From: an uncultured Prevotellaceae bacterium
GTDB taxonomy: Bacteria; Bacteroidota; Bacteroidia; Bacteroidales; Bacteroidaceae
Assembly: GCA_902785945.1 (NCBI GenBank)
Contig: CADAAR010000002.1
Location: forward strand, 71,743 to 135,742
Length of the DNA stretch: 64,000 bases
Reading direction: 5' to 3'
The translations under genes were made by a program, and so were the position numbers. This document shows, in pieces, positions 20,202-29,518 of this stretch (position 1 is its first letter; every line of letters begins with the position of its first letter). Under the pieces are notes generated by a model that was given only the letters and a program-made list of their open reading frames with translations, was not told the DNA's origin and made no database searches.

Positions 20202-22751
20202 TTAACGTTTGATGGAGTGGTCGTCGGAGGAGCCGTAGTGGGACTGGGCGTAGCGGCCGTAGGAGCCGTAATTGCCGTAGTTGCCATAACCATAACGGCT
20301 ATTGCCGTAGCCGTATTTGCCATAGCCATAACGACCGTATTTGCCGTAATGGCCATAGCCATAGTAGTAGCCATACTTACGCTTCGACATGTCGATGCCG
20401 TTGAGCACGATACAAGGATTGGGCATTTTCTTCTCGTCTGCCAAGGTATTCAGCAGGCCGAAGCTGGACTTGGGCGTATAGTCAGCACGACAGATAAAGA
20501 CGGTGATATCGGCCACACGACCTATCTGCAAGGTATCGCTGACGATGCCCACAGGGGCCGTATCGAGGATGACATAATCGTATTGTTCTCGCAATAGGGT
20601 AAGAACCTTTTCGAAACTCTGTCGCGCCAAGAGTTCCGTGGGATTGGGAGGCGTGGGGCCTGCCAACAGCAGGTCGAGGTTGGGATTAATGCCCGAAGCC
20701 ACTATCTGTTCTTGGAGCATTGGTTGCGTTACCGTATCCTTGGTGAGCAAATGGGTAATACCCTCATGGCGATCTGACATGCCAAAGAGACGACCCAAGG
20801 CGGGTTTGCGGATGTCCAAACCACAGAGGATGACTTTCTTGCCCAAGAGCGCGAATGATACAGCGAGGTTAGCGGCGTTGAAGGTTTTGCCCTCACCAGG
20901 TGAAGAGGAGGTGAAAAGGATGACCTTTTCATTCTGTTTTAACATAAACTGGATATTGGTACGCATGCCACGGAAAATCTCATCAATCTGATTGTTTTTG
21001 TTTTCTTGCACCACAATGCCAGCTGCTGTCTTCACATCATCGCTGGCCACAGGCACGTCGGCCACGATGGGTAATTCGGTAAGCCGAACCACATCCTCGT
21101 GACCTTCTATCTTATAACGGAACAGATTGCGCAAGAAAAGGATGACGGCAGGCAACAGCAAACCAAAGATGATGGCCAGTGCCAAAATAATCATACGACG
21201 CGGACTTACTTGCCCTTCGAACAATGGCTCATCAAGCAACTTGCCCTTATCGGCTGTAGCCGCTAAAGCAATGCTATTCTCCTCACGTTTCTGTAGCAGC
21301 ATGAGATAGACGCTCGACTTTACATCCTGTTGGCGACCAATCTGCGCTAACACGCGTTCCTGAATGGGGGCGGCAGACACCTTGCCCTGATATTTGGCAT
21401 ATTGCGACTGGATACCCTGACGAGCAATGTCTGCTGACTTGCGGGCCTGCAACAGGGCTGCCTGTATGCTGGGCAACATCTCGTTAATGGTAGATGTCAA
21501 AGTCTGCACTTGCGGCGCCTGCTCGCTGACTGCCTTCAACAGGCGATTACGATCCTGGACAGCCTGGTTATAATTATCGATGAGTTTTTTGGAGGCTTCA
21601 TCGGTCAGACCGACATTCGAGGGGATGATATTTTTTGCATTCGCGGGGTTGTTGACATATTCCCGTAGGTAGTCGAGCATCTGAATCTGTGAGTTGGCCT
21701 CTGACAACTGCGCAGAGAACTGGCTTGACATCTGCACGGATGACGAAGCATCAATCGTAGGATCGGTCATCTCATTGCGGCGCTTGAAACTCTCCAAAGC
21801 GCCCTCGGTATTACCCAGTTCCGTATTGATTTTTGCCATGCGCTCGTTGATAAACTCCTCCGTGCGCAGGGCTATTTCGTTTTTGTCGGCATTGGCCTGG
21901 CGGTTGTAACAGAGTGCCAACTGGCTTAAGAAATCAAGGCCGCGCTGCATATTCTTATCTTTCAGCGTCAGTTGTGCTACAGCAGAACCCTGTGCCATAG
22001 CCTCTACTTCTAAGTTTGCCAAGTAACTTGTAGCCACCTGCATAGGCGGGGTAATGGTTATTTCATAGATATTGTTGTCATTCTTCCATTGCTGCCCAAC
22101 ATTGGCAGTGAAGGTCAATACGCCGTAATCCGTCTTGATGGATGTTGGCAACGAGCTAAATTGGTGATTAAATGCTTTTTCTTCTATATCGCCACGCATC
22201 AGGAAACCCTGTACCGTATAAGACTTACCTGTTTTTTTCAGCTCCATCTTGATGCTACGCATACCTGTCAGCAACAGTTTATCGAGGCTGTCAAGTCGAG
22301 TAGGTTCCAGATCAACACTGATTGGCTGTTTTTTATAAATAATATCGTTAATGACCCTGCCCTGGGTACGATACTCCACATAGAGCTTTAAATCCTTTAC
22401 CGCATCACGCATCAACATACGTGAGCGGATGACCTCTATCTCATTGTTAATACCCGATGAATTCGTCAGGTAGCCGAATTCTGCCATTTGTGAGAGTAGA
22501 TCTGAAGCGTCGCTCTTGCTGCTGTTATCCTGTTTAATCAGGATACGTGCTGACATCTGGTAGGTTGGTTCTGTATAGCGCAAATATAGCCAAGCACTAG
22601 CGATAAAGGCGATGAGTGACAACAGGAACCAATGCCAGTTCAACACCAGCATGGCAAACAGATTGGCAAAACTAAAGAATGAGGACTTTTGATCGCTGCC
22701 TTCTATAAGGTCTTCGAGTTCCTCAAGACTGATTTTCTTTTCTTCTATCAT
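20202..22751 (-). CDS. wzc: Wzc chain-length regulator / BY tyrosine kinase
   Basis: Two TM segments, SSPGEGKT Walker A, DIRKP, ILDTAP, C-terminal Tyr cluster; ATG 22751 preferred. Confidence 0.93.
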   Translation of the reverse strand: MIEEKKISLEELEDLIEGSDQKSSFFSFANLFAMLVLNWHWFLLSLIAFIASAWLYLRYTEPTYQMSARILIKQDNSSKSDASDLLSQMAEFGYLTNSSGINNEIEVIRSRMLMRDAVKDLKLYVEYRTQGRVINDIIYKKQPISVDLEPTRLDSLDKLLLTGMRSIKMELKKTGKSYTVQGFLMRGDIEEKAFNHQFSSLPTSIKTDYGVLTFTANVGQQWKNDNNIYEITITPPMQVATSYLANLEVEAMAQGSAVAQLTLKDKNMQRGLDFLSQLALCYNRQANADKNEIALRTEEFINERMAKINTELGNTEGALESFKRRNEMTDPTIDASSSVQMSSQFSAQLSEANSQIQMLDYLREYVNNPANAKNIIPSNVGLTDEASKKLIDNYNQAVQDRNRLLKAVSEQAPQVQTLTSTINEMLPSIQAALLQARKSADIARQGIQSQYAKYQGKVSAAPIQERVLAQIGRQQDVKSSVYLMLLQKREENSIALAATADKGKLLDEPLFEGQVSPRRMIILALAIIFGLLLPAVILFLRNLFRYKIEGHEDVVRLTELPIVADVPVASDDVKTAAGIVVQENKNNQIDEIFRGMRTNIQFMLKQNEKVILFTSSSPGEGKTFNAANLAVSFALLGKKVILCGLDIRKPALGRLFGMSDRHEGITHLLTKDTVTQPMLQEQIVASGINPNLDLLLAGPTPPNPTELLARQSFEKVLTLLREQYDYVILDTAPVGIVSDTLQIGRVADITVFICRADYTPKSSFGLLNTLADEKKMPNPCIVLNGIDMSKRKYGYYYGYGHYGKYGRYGYGKYGYGNSRYGYGNYGNYGSYGRYAQSHYGSSDDHSIKR

Positions 22752-22904
22752 AAACAAAAACACACAAATTTTATGCTAAAATTGCGTAAAAAACACAATC
22801 CTAGCTCGTTACGCCTATTACAAAATATTGATAATCAGGACATTACGTAATTTAAAAGTTTTATATATTAATCACTATGGGATATTTAGTCACCATAGTC
22901 ACTG

Positions 22905-22912
22905 CAAAGGTA
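22905..22912 (-). promoter_or_regulatory. Bacteroidota -7 promoter element upstream of wzc
   Basis: TACCTTTG on the minus strand matches TAnnTTTG. Confidence 0.6.
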
Positions 22913-22958
22913 AGAAAATAAATTGAAAATTGAAAATTGAAAGTTGAAAATTTTATAT

Positions 22959-23837
22959 TTATAGTGTGTTTTTCTTTATTTCGTCGAGTAACTGATCGCG
23001 GAGTTTGCTGGGACGAAGGCGGGAGGCAGCAGTACGGCAACGCTGTAAGGTAGATTCATTGACAGAGCTTAAGACACGCTCTGCTAATAGCAGTGCTAAG
23101 GAGAGTTGAGCTTCGGTGGATGGAATATAGCCTTTACGAGGCAGGAGGCTTTGGTAGAGGCCTTGTATCTCACGATACAGGAGATCCCATTCGTGACGTG
23201 AGGACTCCTTATCTGGTGGGGAGATCAGCATTGTTGTGGAGAGGTGGATGAGTTCTTTGGCATCGCCAAGGATATCGTGACTGGCAGGGCGCTGTTGCGA
23301 GACTACTTCTACAACATCAGGCTTTACGCTGACAGCAGCAACAGCCAGGTCGGGAATGCTGACAACGAGTTGTTTTTCACGCTTTCCCTTCACTTTCACT
23401 AAAACGCCCTCAACACCATCGAATGCACCACCATGGATTCGAATGCGGTCACCTTTTTCCAAGCTGAGCTCGTCTGGACGGAAATACGTCACCGCTCGTT
23501 CTGTCTGCTCTGTGATACGAATGAAGTTTTCCATATCACGGTCGCTGACAACAACTTTTTCACGACGGTTTTTACCCAACACAGGGCGCGTGAGCCAATA
23601 GCATGTCTCACAGAGTTTCATCTTAGCCTCACTGATTTGGTCTTCAGTGCCATAGATAAAGACCAATTCAGTAATGGCTGGCACCAATCGGCGTAACTTA
23701 TGACCTTGCTGCGCCTCCACTTGATAGCGCATAGGCACATAACAACGTAAACCACGACGACGCAAGGCATCACGCACAGCAAGCTCTCTTTTAAAGATGG
23801 CTCGCAGGACGTACCAGTGGATACTATTTGTGTCCAT
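22959..23837 (-). CDS. upxY: UpxY (NusG-family) antiterminator with C-terminal UpxZ-like domain
   Basis: NGN (WYVLR, YVPM, LVFI) and KOW (GDRIRIHGGAFDGVEG); residues ~188-292 contain KGYIPSTEAQLSLALLL and LQRC...LRPSKLRDQLL, resembling UpxZ. Confidence 0.88.
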   Translation of the reverse strand: MDTNSIHWYVLRAIFKRELAVRDALRRRGLRCYVPMRYQVEAQQGHKLRRLVPAITELVFIYGTEDQISEAKMKLCETCYWLTRPVLGKNRREKVVVSDRDMENFIRITEQTERAVTYFRPDELSLEKGDRIRIHGGAFDGVEGVLVKVKGKREKQLVVSIPDLAVAAVSVKPDVVEVVSQQRPASHDILGDAKELIHLSTTMLISPPDKESSRHEWDLLYREIQGLYQSLLPRKGYIPSTEAQLSLALLLAERVLSSVNESTLQRCRTAASRLRPSKLRDQLLDEIKKNTL

Positions 23838-23878
23838 AAAAGAAATCCGCTGCGCAGGGTTTGCGCCTGCGCAGCGGA
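23838..23878 (-). terminator. Intrinsic terminator directly abutting the upxY start codon
   Basis: 13-bp perfect stem tccgctgcgcagg/cctgcgcagcgga, 7-nt loop, tail TTTCTTTT, then ATG. Confidence 0.75.
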
Positions 23879-23908
23879 ATATAAAAGATATAATAGTTAC
23901 ACTACAAA

Positions 23909-26900
23909 TTAGGGAGCTACTACACAGAGGATCTTATCTGTAGCAGTCGGCGAAGCAACCTGAGTAGTACGATACTTATTGACTGTAGCTACAGCCTTAT
24001 CAGCAGCTTTAGTTGCAGCAACAACATTAACGGTAACAAACCAAGTAGTTCCAGCCTTCTCTTCACTGATAGGCAGCGTAGGATGAGTGTAATAACCACT
24101 GTAACCTACCAGACTCTGATTCAGCGTAATTGCATGATAACTGTTGTCAAGAGTTGTAGTTACAAACGTAGCCTTAGCCTTTTCATCGAGTGTACGAGCC
24201 GCTTCTGTGTACTCATTCAAGTTAATGATAACGTTACAAGCCTCTGTAGCAGAAGTTGTTTCAATTCCACCAACAAACTGTCCAATCTTAGCATAGTTGA
24301 TACCATAGTTTGAACTTGACTTCTGCTCAGTAATAGCAACAGCCGATCCATTGCAAGTACCTGTAATATAACTCTTAACAGGTGTACCCGCATCATCAGT
24401 TTTTTGACCGAATGTAAGTTTAGCCGTTTTTGCTACCAGACCTACAATACCACCGAGATTACCATAAGCCTTGATGGTACCTGCAGTTTTAATATTTGTA
24501 AGAGTTGTAAGGTTGGTAGTATTTGTAACCTTACCTAACAATCCACCAACAGAGATAACATTATCAGATGTAGTGGGCTGAACATCCAGACCCTTCACCT
24601 CGATATTATTGATAACAGCATCAGCACCTGTAGCATCCATTTCACCAGCGAGAGCACCAATAATCTCATCTGCAGCAACAGCACCAGAAACCTTCACATT
24701 GTCAAAAACAACATTTGCAATGGCCTCATTAGCAATCTTGCTGAAGAATCCACGATATACGACTGTTCCAACTGTAGTAGCCTTCAACTTCAGATCCTTA
24801 ATAGTTGCAGGGAGAACGTTGGCAGCAGCAAAAGCTTTTGAATCTGTTGGATAAATACGATAGTCACCATTCAAATCGTGAGCAGTCTTAGCTTCCCAAT
24901 CACGATCCTCATTCATGCTAATCTCGCTAGCGAGAATGCGTACAGCACCAGCAGCATTCTTCAACTGGTGAGCAGTTACGGCAGCAGCAGTGATAGCAGT
25001 AGAAGTAGCATCTCCTGTTGAAGCACCAGTGATTGTGGCCAGAGGAGCCATAATAGATCCTGTTTTAGGAAGTTTAGAAGTAAACTTCACCTTCAAGCAG
25101 TTTGCAGCAAAGTCCTTTGTGGCAGCTGTAGTACCAACAGTAGCCCACTGACTAAAGTCAACAGCTTCAATCTGAACATTTTCAGTGTAAATATTACAAC
25201 CAGCAGCGTTTCCACTATAAGTTGCTGACAAATGTGTTTCATCTGCTGCAAACTTAACATTTCCGACCTTACCACTCTTAATATTAACACCCTGACAAGC
25301 GTCCAGTACATACAACTGTTGAGTTGTAGTTGTAGTCACAGCTCTATCAATAACCATCTTACCAGATGTAACGATACTACCGGTTCCCTTAGCAGTCAAG
25401 TGATCATTAGACTTGTTGATCAAAACAGGAATTTCACCATCAAGAATAAGGTCTGTAGCCATTTCTTCGTCAACCAGCACATTAACTTTTTTGGTGGTTC
25501 CCGGAACCTGAGCAATATTCAATGTCAGTTTCTTACCACCAATCTTATGAATCTTCAAAACCTGATTAACATCAACACCTTCAACTGTAGCATTAATTGT
25601 GACATTATGCTTCAACTCATAAGCCTCAGTAATAACATCATCAAACAATCCATAATTGGGAATTGTATTAGAGAAGTCAATCCACTGCTTCTGAGGAGCA
25701 TCATCACTGTTGTTTACCTGAATAGTCTTATTAAAGCTAAGTGTGAAATCACGAGTTGCTTCCTTGTCAGCAGCAATAATAGCCTGAACCATCTGGAATG
25801 GAGAAGTAGCATCGTCATTAATGCGACGGCTGTCATCTACGATACTATAGGTCTGGCCACGATATACGCTCTTGGCAACAGGAGTAGTCACACTATGTCC
25901 CACCTCTGCACCACCACCAGCAGCAGTAAAGTCGATAGTTGTCACAGCATCAGCATTAGAAACATCACCACTCAACATTACTTTGAATAGATGATCAATC
26001 TTCGTAGAAGCAGTCGCACCTGCAGAGATAGGAATATAAACAACGATATCGCCACCAGCACGGCCAATGTTAACCAGAATCTGGTTGTTACAGGTTGCAA
26101 CACCTGTCTTAGGAATTGCATCATAAGTACCTGTATAAGCAACAACATCAGGAGCCACGAGAACAGGGGCCTGAGCCTTCAGACCTGTTGTAGCATTGTC
26201 GGGATCAGCAATAGTAGCTTCGAATGTACCTGTCAGTGCTTTGTTAGATTCAATCAACAACCACTTGCTACTACCTTCTGCTGCAGCAGGAACCTTTGCA
26301 ATATCAAGACGCAGGAAAGCGGTAAGATACTTCAAGGTCATCTTTTGATTAGCAGCAACACCCCACATAGGAACAGGGAATGTATTACTGCTACACTCGA
26401 TACCATTCTTGTAAGCATTACCAGCCTCAAGATTAGAAGGCTGTGCTACGTTTACAGAGAACACTTTCAGAGCATCGAAGTCAAACTCCATAGTCGTACG
26501 ATCCTCATCCATGAACTTACCGAATTTTGTTGCTACGCCTGCTTTCTGGAACTCTGCAGGATAGATACCATAACCTGATTCGTACTCATCTCCAGGAGTT
26601 GGAGCCTGGAAAATGGCAGCATCGCCACCTGCAGCACCATCAGCATTCGTATAATGTACAGATGTCGTACCAGAATAAGTCCAATTCTGTGGACGCCAGT
26701 TGTTGGCATCGTCATAAATCTTAAGTACATCACCAGGGTTGAAGACTGTAACTCTCTTAAGTTTGCCGTCGACCTCAGCCTCAACGAAGCCTGCACGTGT
26801 AGCATCGCCATTAAGATTTTCTACAGTTACGAGCAACTCATTTGACTTAAGGGCAACATTATCTTTGCCAGTCATAAGGTCATCGCTTTCAGAGCAACTA

Positions 26901-26950
26901 GCAAATGCAAAAACTGCTAAAGCTACCGGAAATAGTTTCATTAATTTCAT
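23909..26950 (-). CDS. Large surface lipoprotein, fimbrillin / type V pilin-like N-terminus, GLUG-like repeats at the C-terminus
   Basis: Lipobox FASC followed by acidic SESDD; propeptide ending ATRAG; YGIYPA and PMWG motifs; GGLLG and GGIVG repeats. Confidence 0.65.
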   Translation of the reverse strand: MKLMKLFPVALAVFAFASCSESDDLMTGKDNVALKSNELLVTVENLNGDATRAGFVEAEVDGKLKRVTVFNPGDVLKIYDDANNWRPQNWTYSGTTSVHYTNADGAAGGDAAIFQAPTPGDEYESGYGIYPAEFQKAGVATKFGKFMDEDRTTMEFDFDALKVFSVNVAQPSNLEAGNAYKNGIECSSNTFPVPMWGVAANQKMTLKYLTAFLRLDIAKVPAAAEGSSKWLLIESNKALTGTFEATIADPDNATTGLKAQAPVLVAPDVVAYTGTYDAIPKTGVATCNNQILVNIGRAGGDIVVYIPISAGATASTKIDHLFKVMLSGDVSNADAVTTIDFTAAGGGAEVGHSVTTPVAKSVYRGQTYSIVDDSRRINDDATSPFQMVQAIIAADKEATRDFTLSFNKTIQVNNSDDAPQKQWIDFSNTIPNYGLFDDVITEAYELKHNVTINATVEGVDVNQVLKIHKIGGKKLTLNIAQVPGTTKKVNVLVDEEMATDLILDGEIPVLINKSNDHLTAKGTGSIVTSGKMVIDRAVTTTTTQQLYVLDACQGVNIKSGKVGNVKFAADETHLSATYSGNAAGCNIYTENVQIEAVDFSQWATVGTTAATKDFAANCLKVKFTSKLPKTGSIMAPLATITGASTGDATSTAITAAAVTAHQLKNAAGAVRILASEISMNEDRDWEAKTAHDLNGDYRIYPTDSKAFAAANVLPATIKDLKLKATTVGTVVYRGFFSKIANEAIANVVFDNVKVSGAVAADEIIGALAGEMDATGADAVINNIEVKGLDVQPTTSDNVISVGGLLGKVTNTTNLTTLTNIKTAGTIKAYGNLGGIVGLVAKTAKLTFGQKTDDAGTPVKSYITGTCNGSAVAITEQKSSSNYGINYAKIGQFVGGIETTSATEACNVIINLNEYTEAARTLDEKAKATFVTTTLDNSYHAITLNQSLVGYSGYYTHPTLPISEEKAGTTWFVTVNVVAATKAADKAVATVNKYRTTQVASPTATDKILCVVAP

Positions 26951-26992
26951 AATGCTTGTTTTAAAAGTTAAATAATAAATACATTTTAGAGA

Positions 26993-27133
26993 TTACTGGT
27001 TTAGGTCGATAATCTCCTCGTCCTTTACGTCTTCTTCGGCTGAGCCGGGACTAGTGCAAAGGAATTCCTCCAACTCAGTCTCGATAATCTCCTGAGCGGG
27101 AGCTACATACCATTTTAATTCTTTCTTGTCCAT
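26993..27133 (-). CDS. 46-aa peptide MDKKELKWYVAPAQEIIETELEEFLCTSPGSAEEDVKDEEIIDLNQ; candidate RRE-dependent precursor (absent from ORF track)
   Basis: Manual translation; AT-rich region before ATG; promoter ~65 bp upstream; YxxP motif; adjacent PqqD/peptidase/kinase cassette. Confidence 0.8.
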   Translation of the reverse strand: MDKKELKWYVAPAQEIIETELEEFLCTSPGSAEEDVKDEEIIDLNQ

Positions 27134-27198
27134 AATTTAAAAGTTTTAATAAAATTAATAAATATGTTAATTATCACATTTTTACATAAAATCCGCCG

Positions 27199-27231
27199 CA
27201 AATTTAAGGTAAATATTTGAAACATGCAAGT
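27199..27231 (-). promoter_or_regulatory. Promoter for the peptide and lipoprotein genes
   Basis: TAAATTTG (-7) at 27206-27199 with a TTGC -33-like element upstream. Confidence 0.65.
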
Positions 27232-27492
27232 TTTTCGCTATTTTTTTTATAAAAAACCTCGAAAAAATGCCCATTTTACTACTATTTCCTCAATTTTTCG
27301 CTTCGGAAGCTATAAATTTATTTAAGAGTCATGTCTCAGCATTTGTCCCTTTCAGGACTGCCATAGACAGCATAACAAGGGCGCATGGCTGCTCCCCTAT
27401 ACACGTACCTTATATATAATATATTAAGGCGGATCCTCAAATTTTGGTTCACACATACTCGGTTTATTTGGATTATATGCTTAAAATCGATG

Positions 27493-27525
27493 CAAATATA
27501 AGGATATTTGCTGGAAACTGCAAAT
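27493..27525 (-). promoter_or_regulatory. Second, upstream promoter (long leader)
   Basis: TATATTTG at 27500-27493 and TTTG about 20 bp upstream. Confidence 0.55.
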
Positions 27526-27599
27526 ATTTCACGTGTTTTTTTGTTAAATTGGGTAAAAATGTCTCTTTTCGTCAATAAAGCAAGGACAAAATCTAAGCT

Positions 27600-29246
27600 T
27601 TATAACGAAATCTTTTCATCACAGAGCTCGCAGACGAGCTGGCGGTGGGTGATGAAGATCATGGTTTTTTGGGGATAAGCCTCGAACAGACGGCGGTAGA
27701 GTTCGCGCTCGGTCTGCTCGTCGAGCGAGGCGCTAATCTCGTCAAGAAGCAGGATGCCGCCAGGGCGGAGGAGGCCGCGGGCGATGGCGATGCGCTGGGC
27801 CTGGCCCTCGCTGAGGCCGGCGCCACGTTCGCCACATTCGGTGTCGATGCCCTCTGGGAGCTGGAACACGAAGTCGGCCATGGCGGTATGGAGAACCTGG
27901 TGGAGTTCCTGGTCGGTGGCATCGGGCTTGGCCAACTGGAGGTTGTAGCGGATGGTGCCACTCATGAGAGTGTTACCCTGGGGCACAAAGACAAAGTTGG
28001 AGCGCGTCTTCTCGCTGATATATTCCTTGCCACGGCGACCATAGATGGTCAGGGTGCCCTCGTTGGGCTTGATGAGGGCCAGCAGCAGACGGAAAAGGGT
28101 GGTCTTACCGGCACCTGTGATGCCCATCAGGGCCGTCTTACTGCCAGGATGGAAGTTGTAACTGAAATGGGAGAGAATCTCGCGATCGCCATCGGCATAT
28201 TGGAAAGTGACGTTCTGGACACTGACGCCAAGCGGGGAGGAAGCGCTTGAAGGGCTTAAGGAGCTGGAGGATTCTGAGGGGGACTCTTCTTCGGCCTCTA
28301 TTCGTTCAAGTTCCTCAAGACGGTCGATGCTGGCGGAGGCATGGATGGCCTGGGGCAGCATGTTGAGCATCTGGAGGATGGGCTGCTGAATCTGGGAAAC
28401 CAGCTGGAGGAAGGAGGTCATCACACCAAAGGTAATGGCGCCAGTGCGCAGCTGCATGGCGCCCCAGATGAAGGCAATGATATAACCGAAGCTGAAGCTG
28501 GAGGCAATGAGCAGACGCGAGACCACCGTGAAACGGGCACGACGGTTGATCTTGCCCTTCAGATCCTGCTGCATATCGTCGAGACGGCCCGTCACCCAGT
28601 CGCCACTCTCCAAGGAACGCAACACGGCATTGTGCTCCATGGTCTCCTGCACCAGCATCTGGATGATACTCTCCTGACGGCGGATATCGAGCGTCATCTT
28701 CCGCATCTGACGGGCAAAGAGCTTGCCGACCACGAGGAAGATGGGCGTGAGCAACAGCAGGGCCCAGGCCAGACGGGCGTCCATCATGTTCATGAACAGG
28801 AAAGCACCTAGGAGCTGAACAAGGGTGACAGTGATGTCGGGCACTAGGGAGGTGGTGGCATCGCTCACCACGTCGATGTCCTTCTCCAGACGCGAGGTGA
28901 CATCGCCAGAGTGCAACTCCTTCTGCTCGAACATCTGACGACGGAACAGATGACTGAAGATGCGCAGGCGGATGGACGTGCTCTGGAAAGCACTGGCCTT
29001 GACGCCAAAGTAATAATAGACCTGTCGACAGATGATGCCGCCACTGATGGTGGCCACCAAAGCAGCTATCATCAGCAGGATATCGTCGGAGCTACCTGTC
29101 CGGATGGTGACGTCGATGAACTGTTTGCAGAGCCACACCATCAGCAGTCCGAACGCCACGCGTCCGATGCCCGCCACGATGCGCACCAGCATATTCCACC
29201 GGATGCCCCGCGTGTTCTGCCAGAGCCAGACCAGGTATTTCGTCAT
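27600..29246 (-). CDS. ABC exporter (fused permease and ATPase, no C39 peptidase domain)
   Basis: TM domain, GITGAGKT, LSEGQAQR, LLLDE. Confidence 0.92.
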   Translation of the reverse strand: MTKYLVWLWQNTRGIRWNMLVRIVAGIGRVAFGLLMVWLCKQFIDVTIRTGSSDDILLMIAALVATISGGIICRQVYYYFGVKASAFQSTSIRLRIFSHLFRRQMFEQKELHSGDVTSRLEKDIDVVSDATTSLVPDITVTLVQLLGAFLFMNMMDARLAWALLLLTPIFLVVGKLFARQMRKMTLDIRRQESIIQMLVQETMEHNAVLRSLESGDWVTGRLDDMQQDLKGKINRRARFTVVSRLLIASSFSFGYIIAFIWGAMQLRTGAITFGVMTSFLQLVSQIQQPILQMLNMLPQAIHASASIDRLEELERIEAEEESPSESSSSLSPSSASSPLGVSVQNVTFQYADGDREILSHFSYNFHPGSKTALMGITGAGKTTLFRLLLALIKPNEGTLTIYGRRGKEYISEKTRSNFVFVPQGNTLMSGTIRYNLQLAKPDATDQELHQVLHTAMADFVFQLPEGIDTECGERGAGLSEGQAQRIAIARGLLRPGGILLLDEISASLDEQTERELYRRLFEAYPQKTMIFITHRQLVCELCDEKISL

Positions 29247-29247
29247 C

Positions 29248-29517
29248 TTAGAGAATCAGTCCGATCTCTTTCCAATTAGCGACAATCTTCTTAATGTCAC
29301 TCAAGGCCTGCGACTTCTCCACATCGTACTCCTTGCAGATGGCGTCGGCCAACTGCTCTTCGGTGAAGTCGCCCAGTTCTGCAGCCTTCTCCCAGAGCCA
29401 GGCTGCGGTATCGTTCAGGCTGATGAGCTTACCGAAATTCACGGTCTCGAGACCTTCGCCTACAATCACTTTCTCGCCGCACACCTCGCGCAGCACAAAT
29501 CCTTTTTTCTGTTTCAT
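29248..29517 (-). CDS. PqqD-family protein (RiPP recognition element)
   Basis: FVLREVCGE, ISLNDTAAWLWE, LADAICKEYDV...ALSDI; 89 aa stand-alone. Confidence 0.88.
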   Translation of the reverse strand: MKQKKGFVLREVCGEKVIVGEGLETVNFGKLISLNDTAAWLWEKAAELGDFTEEQLADAICKEYDVEKSQALSDIKKIVANWKEIGLIL

Positions 29518-29518
29518 C

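Noticed and set aside
22770-22958. Invertible promoter upstream of wzc
   Set aside because: No pair of inverted repeats flanking the promoter and no recombinase in the window; only a small hairpin and heptamer repeats.
27336-27575. 79-aa ORF in the intergenic region
   Set aside because: Non-ATG start, spans a promoter motif, no protein features; the region is better explained as regulatory.
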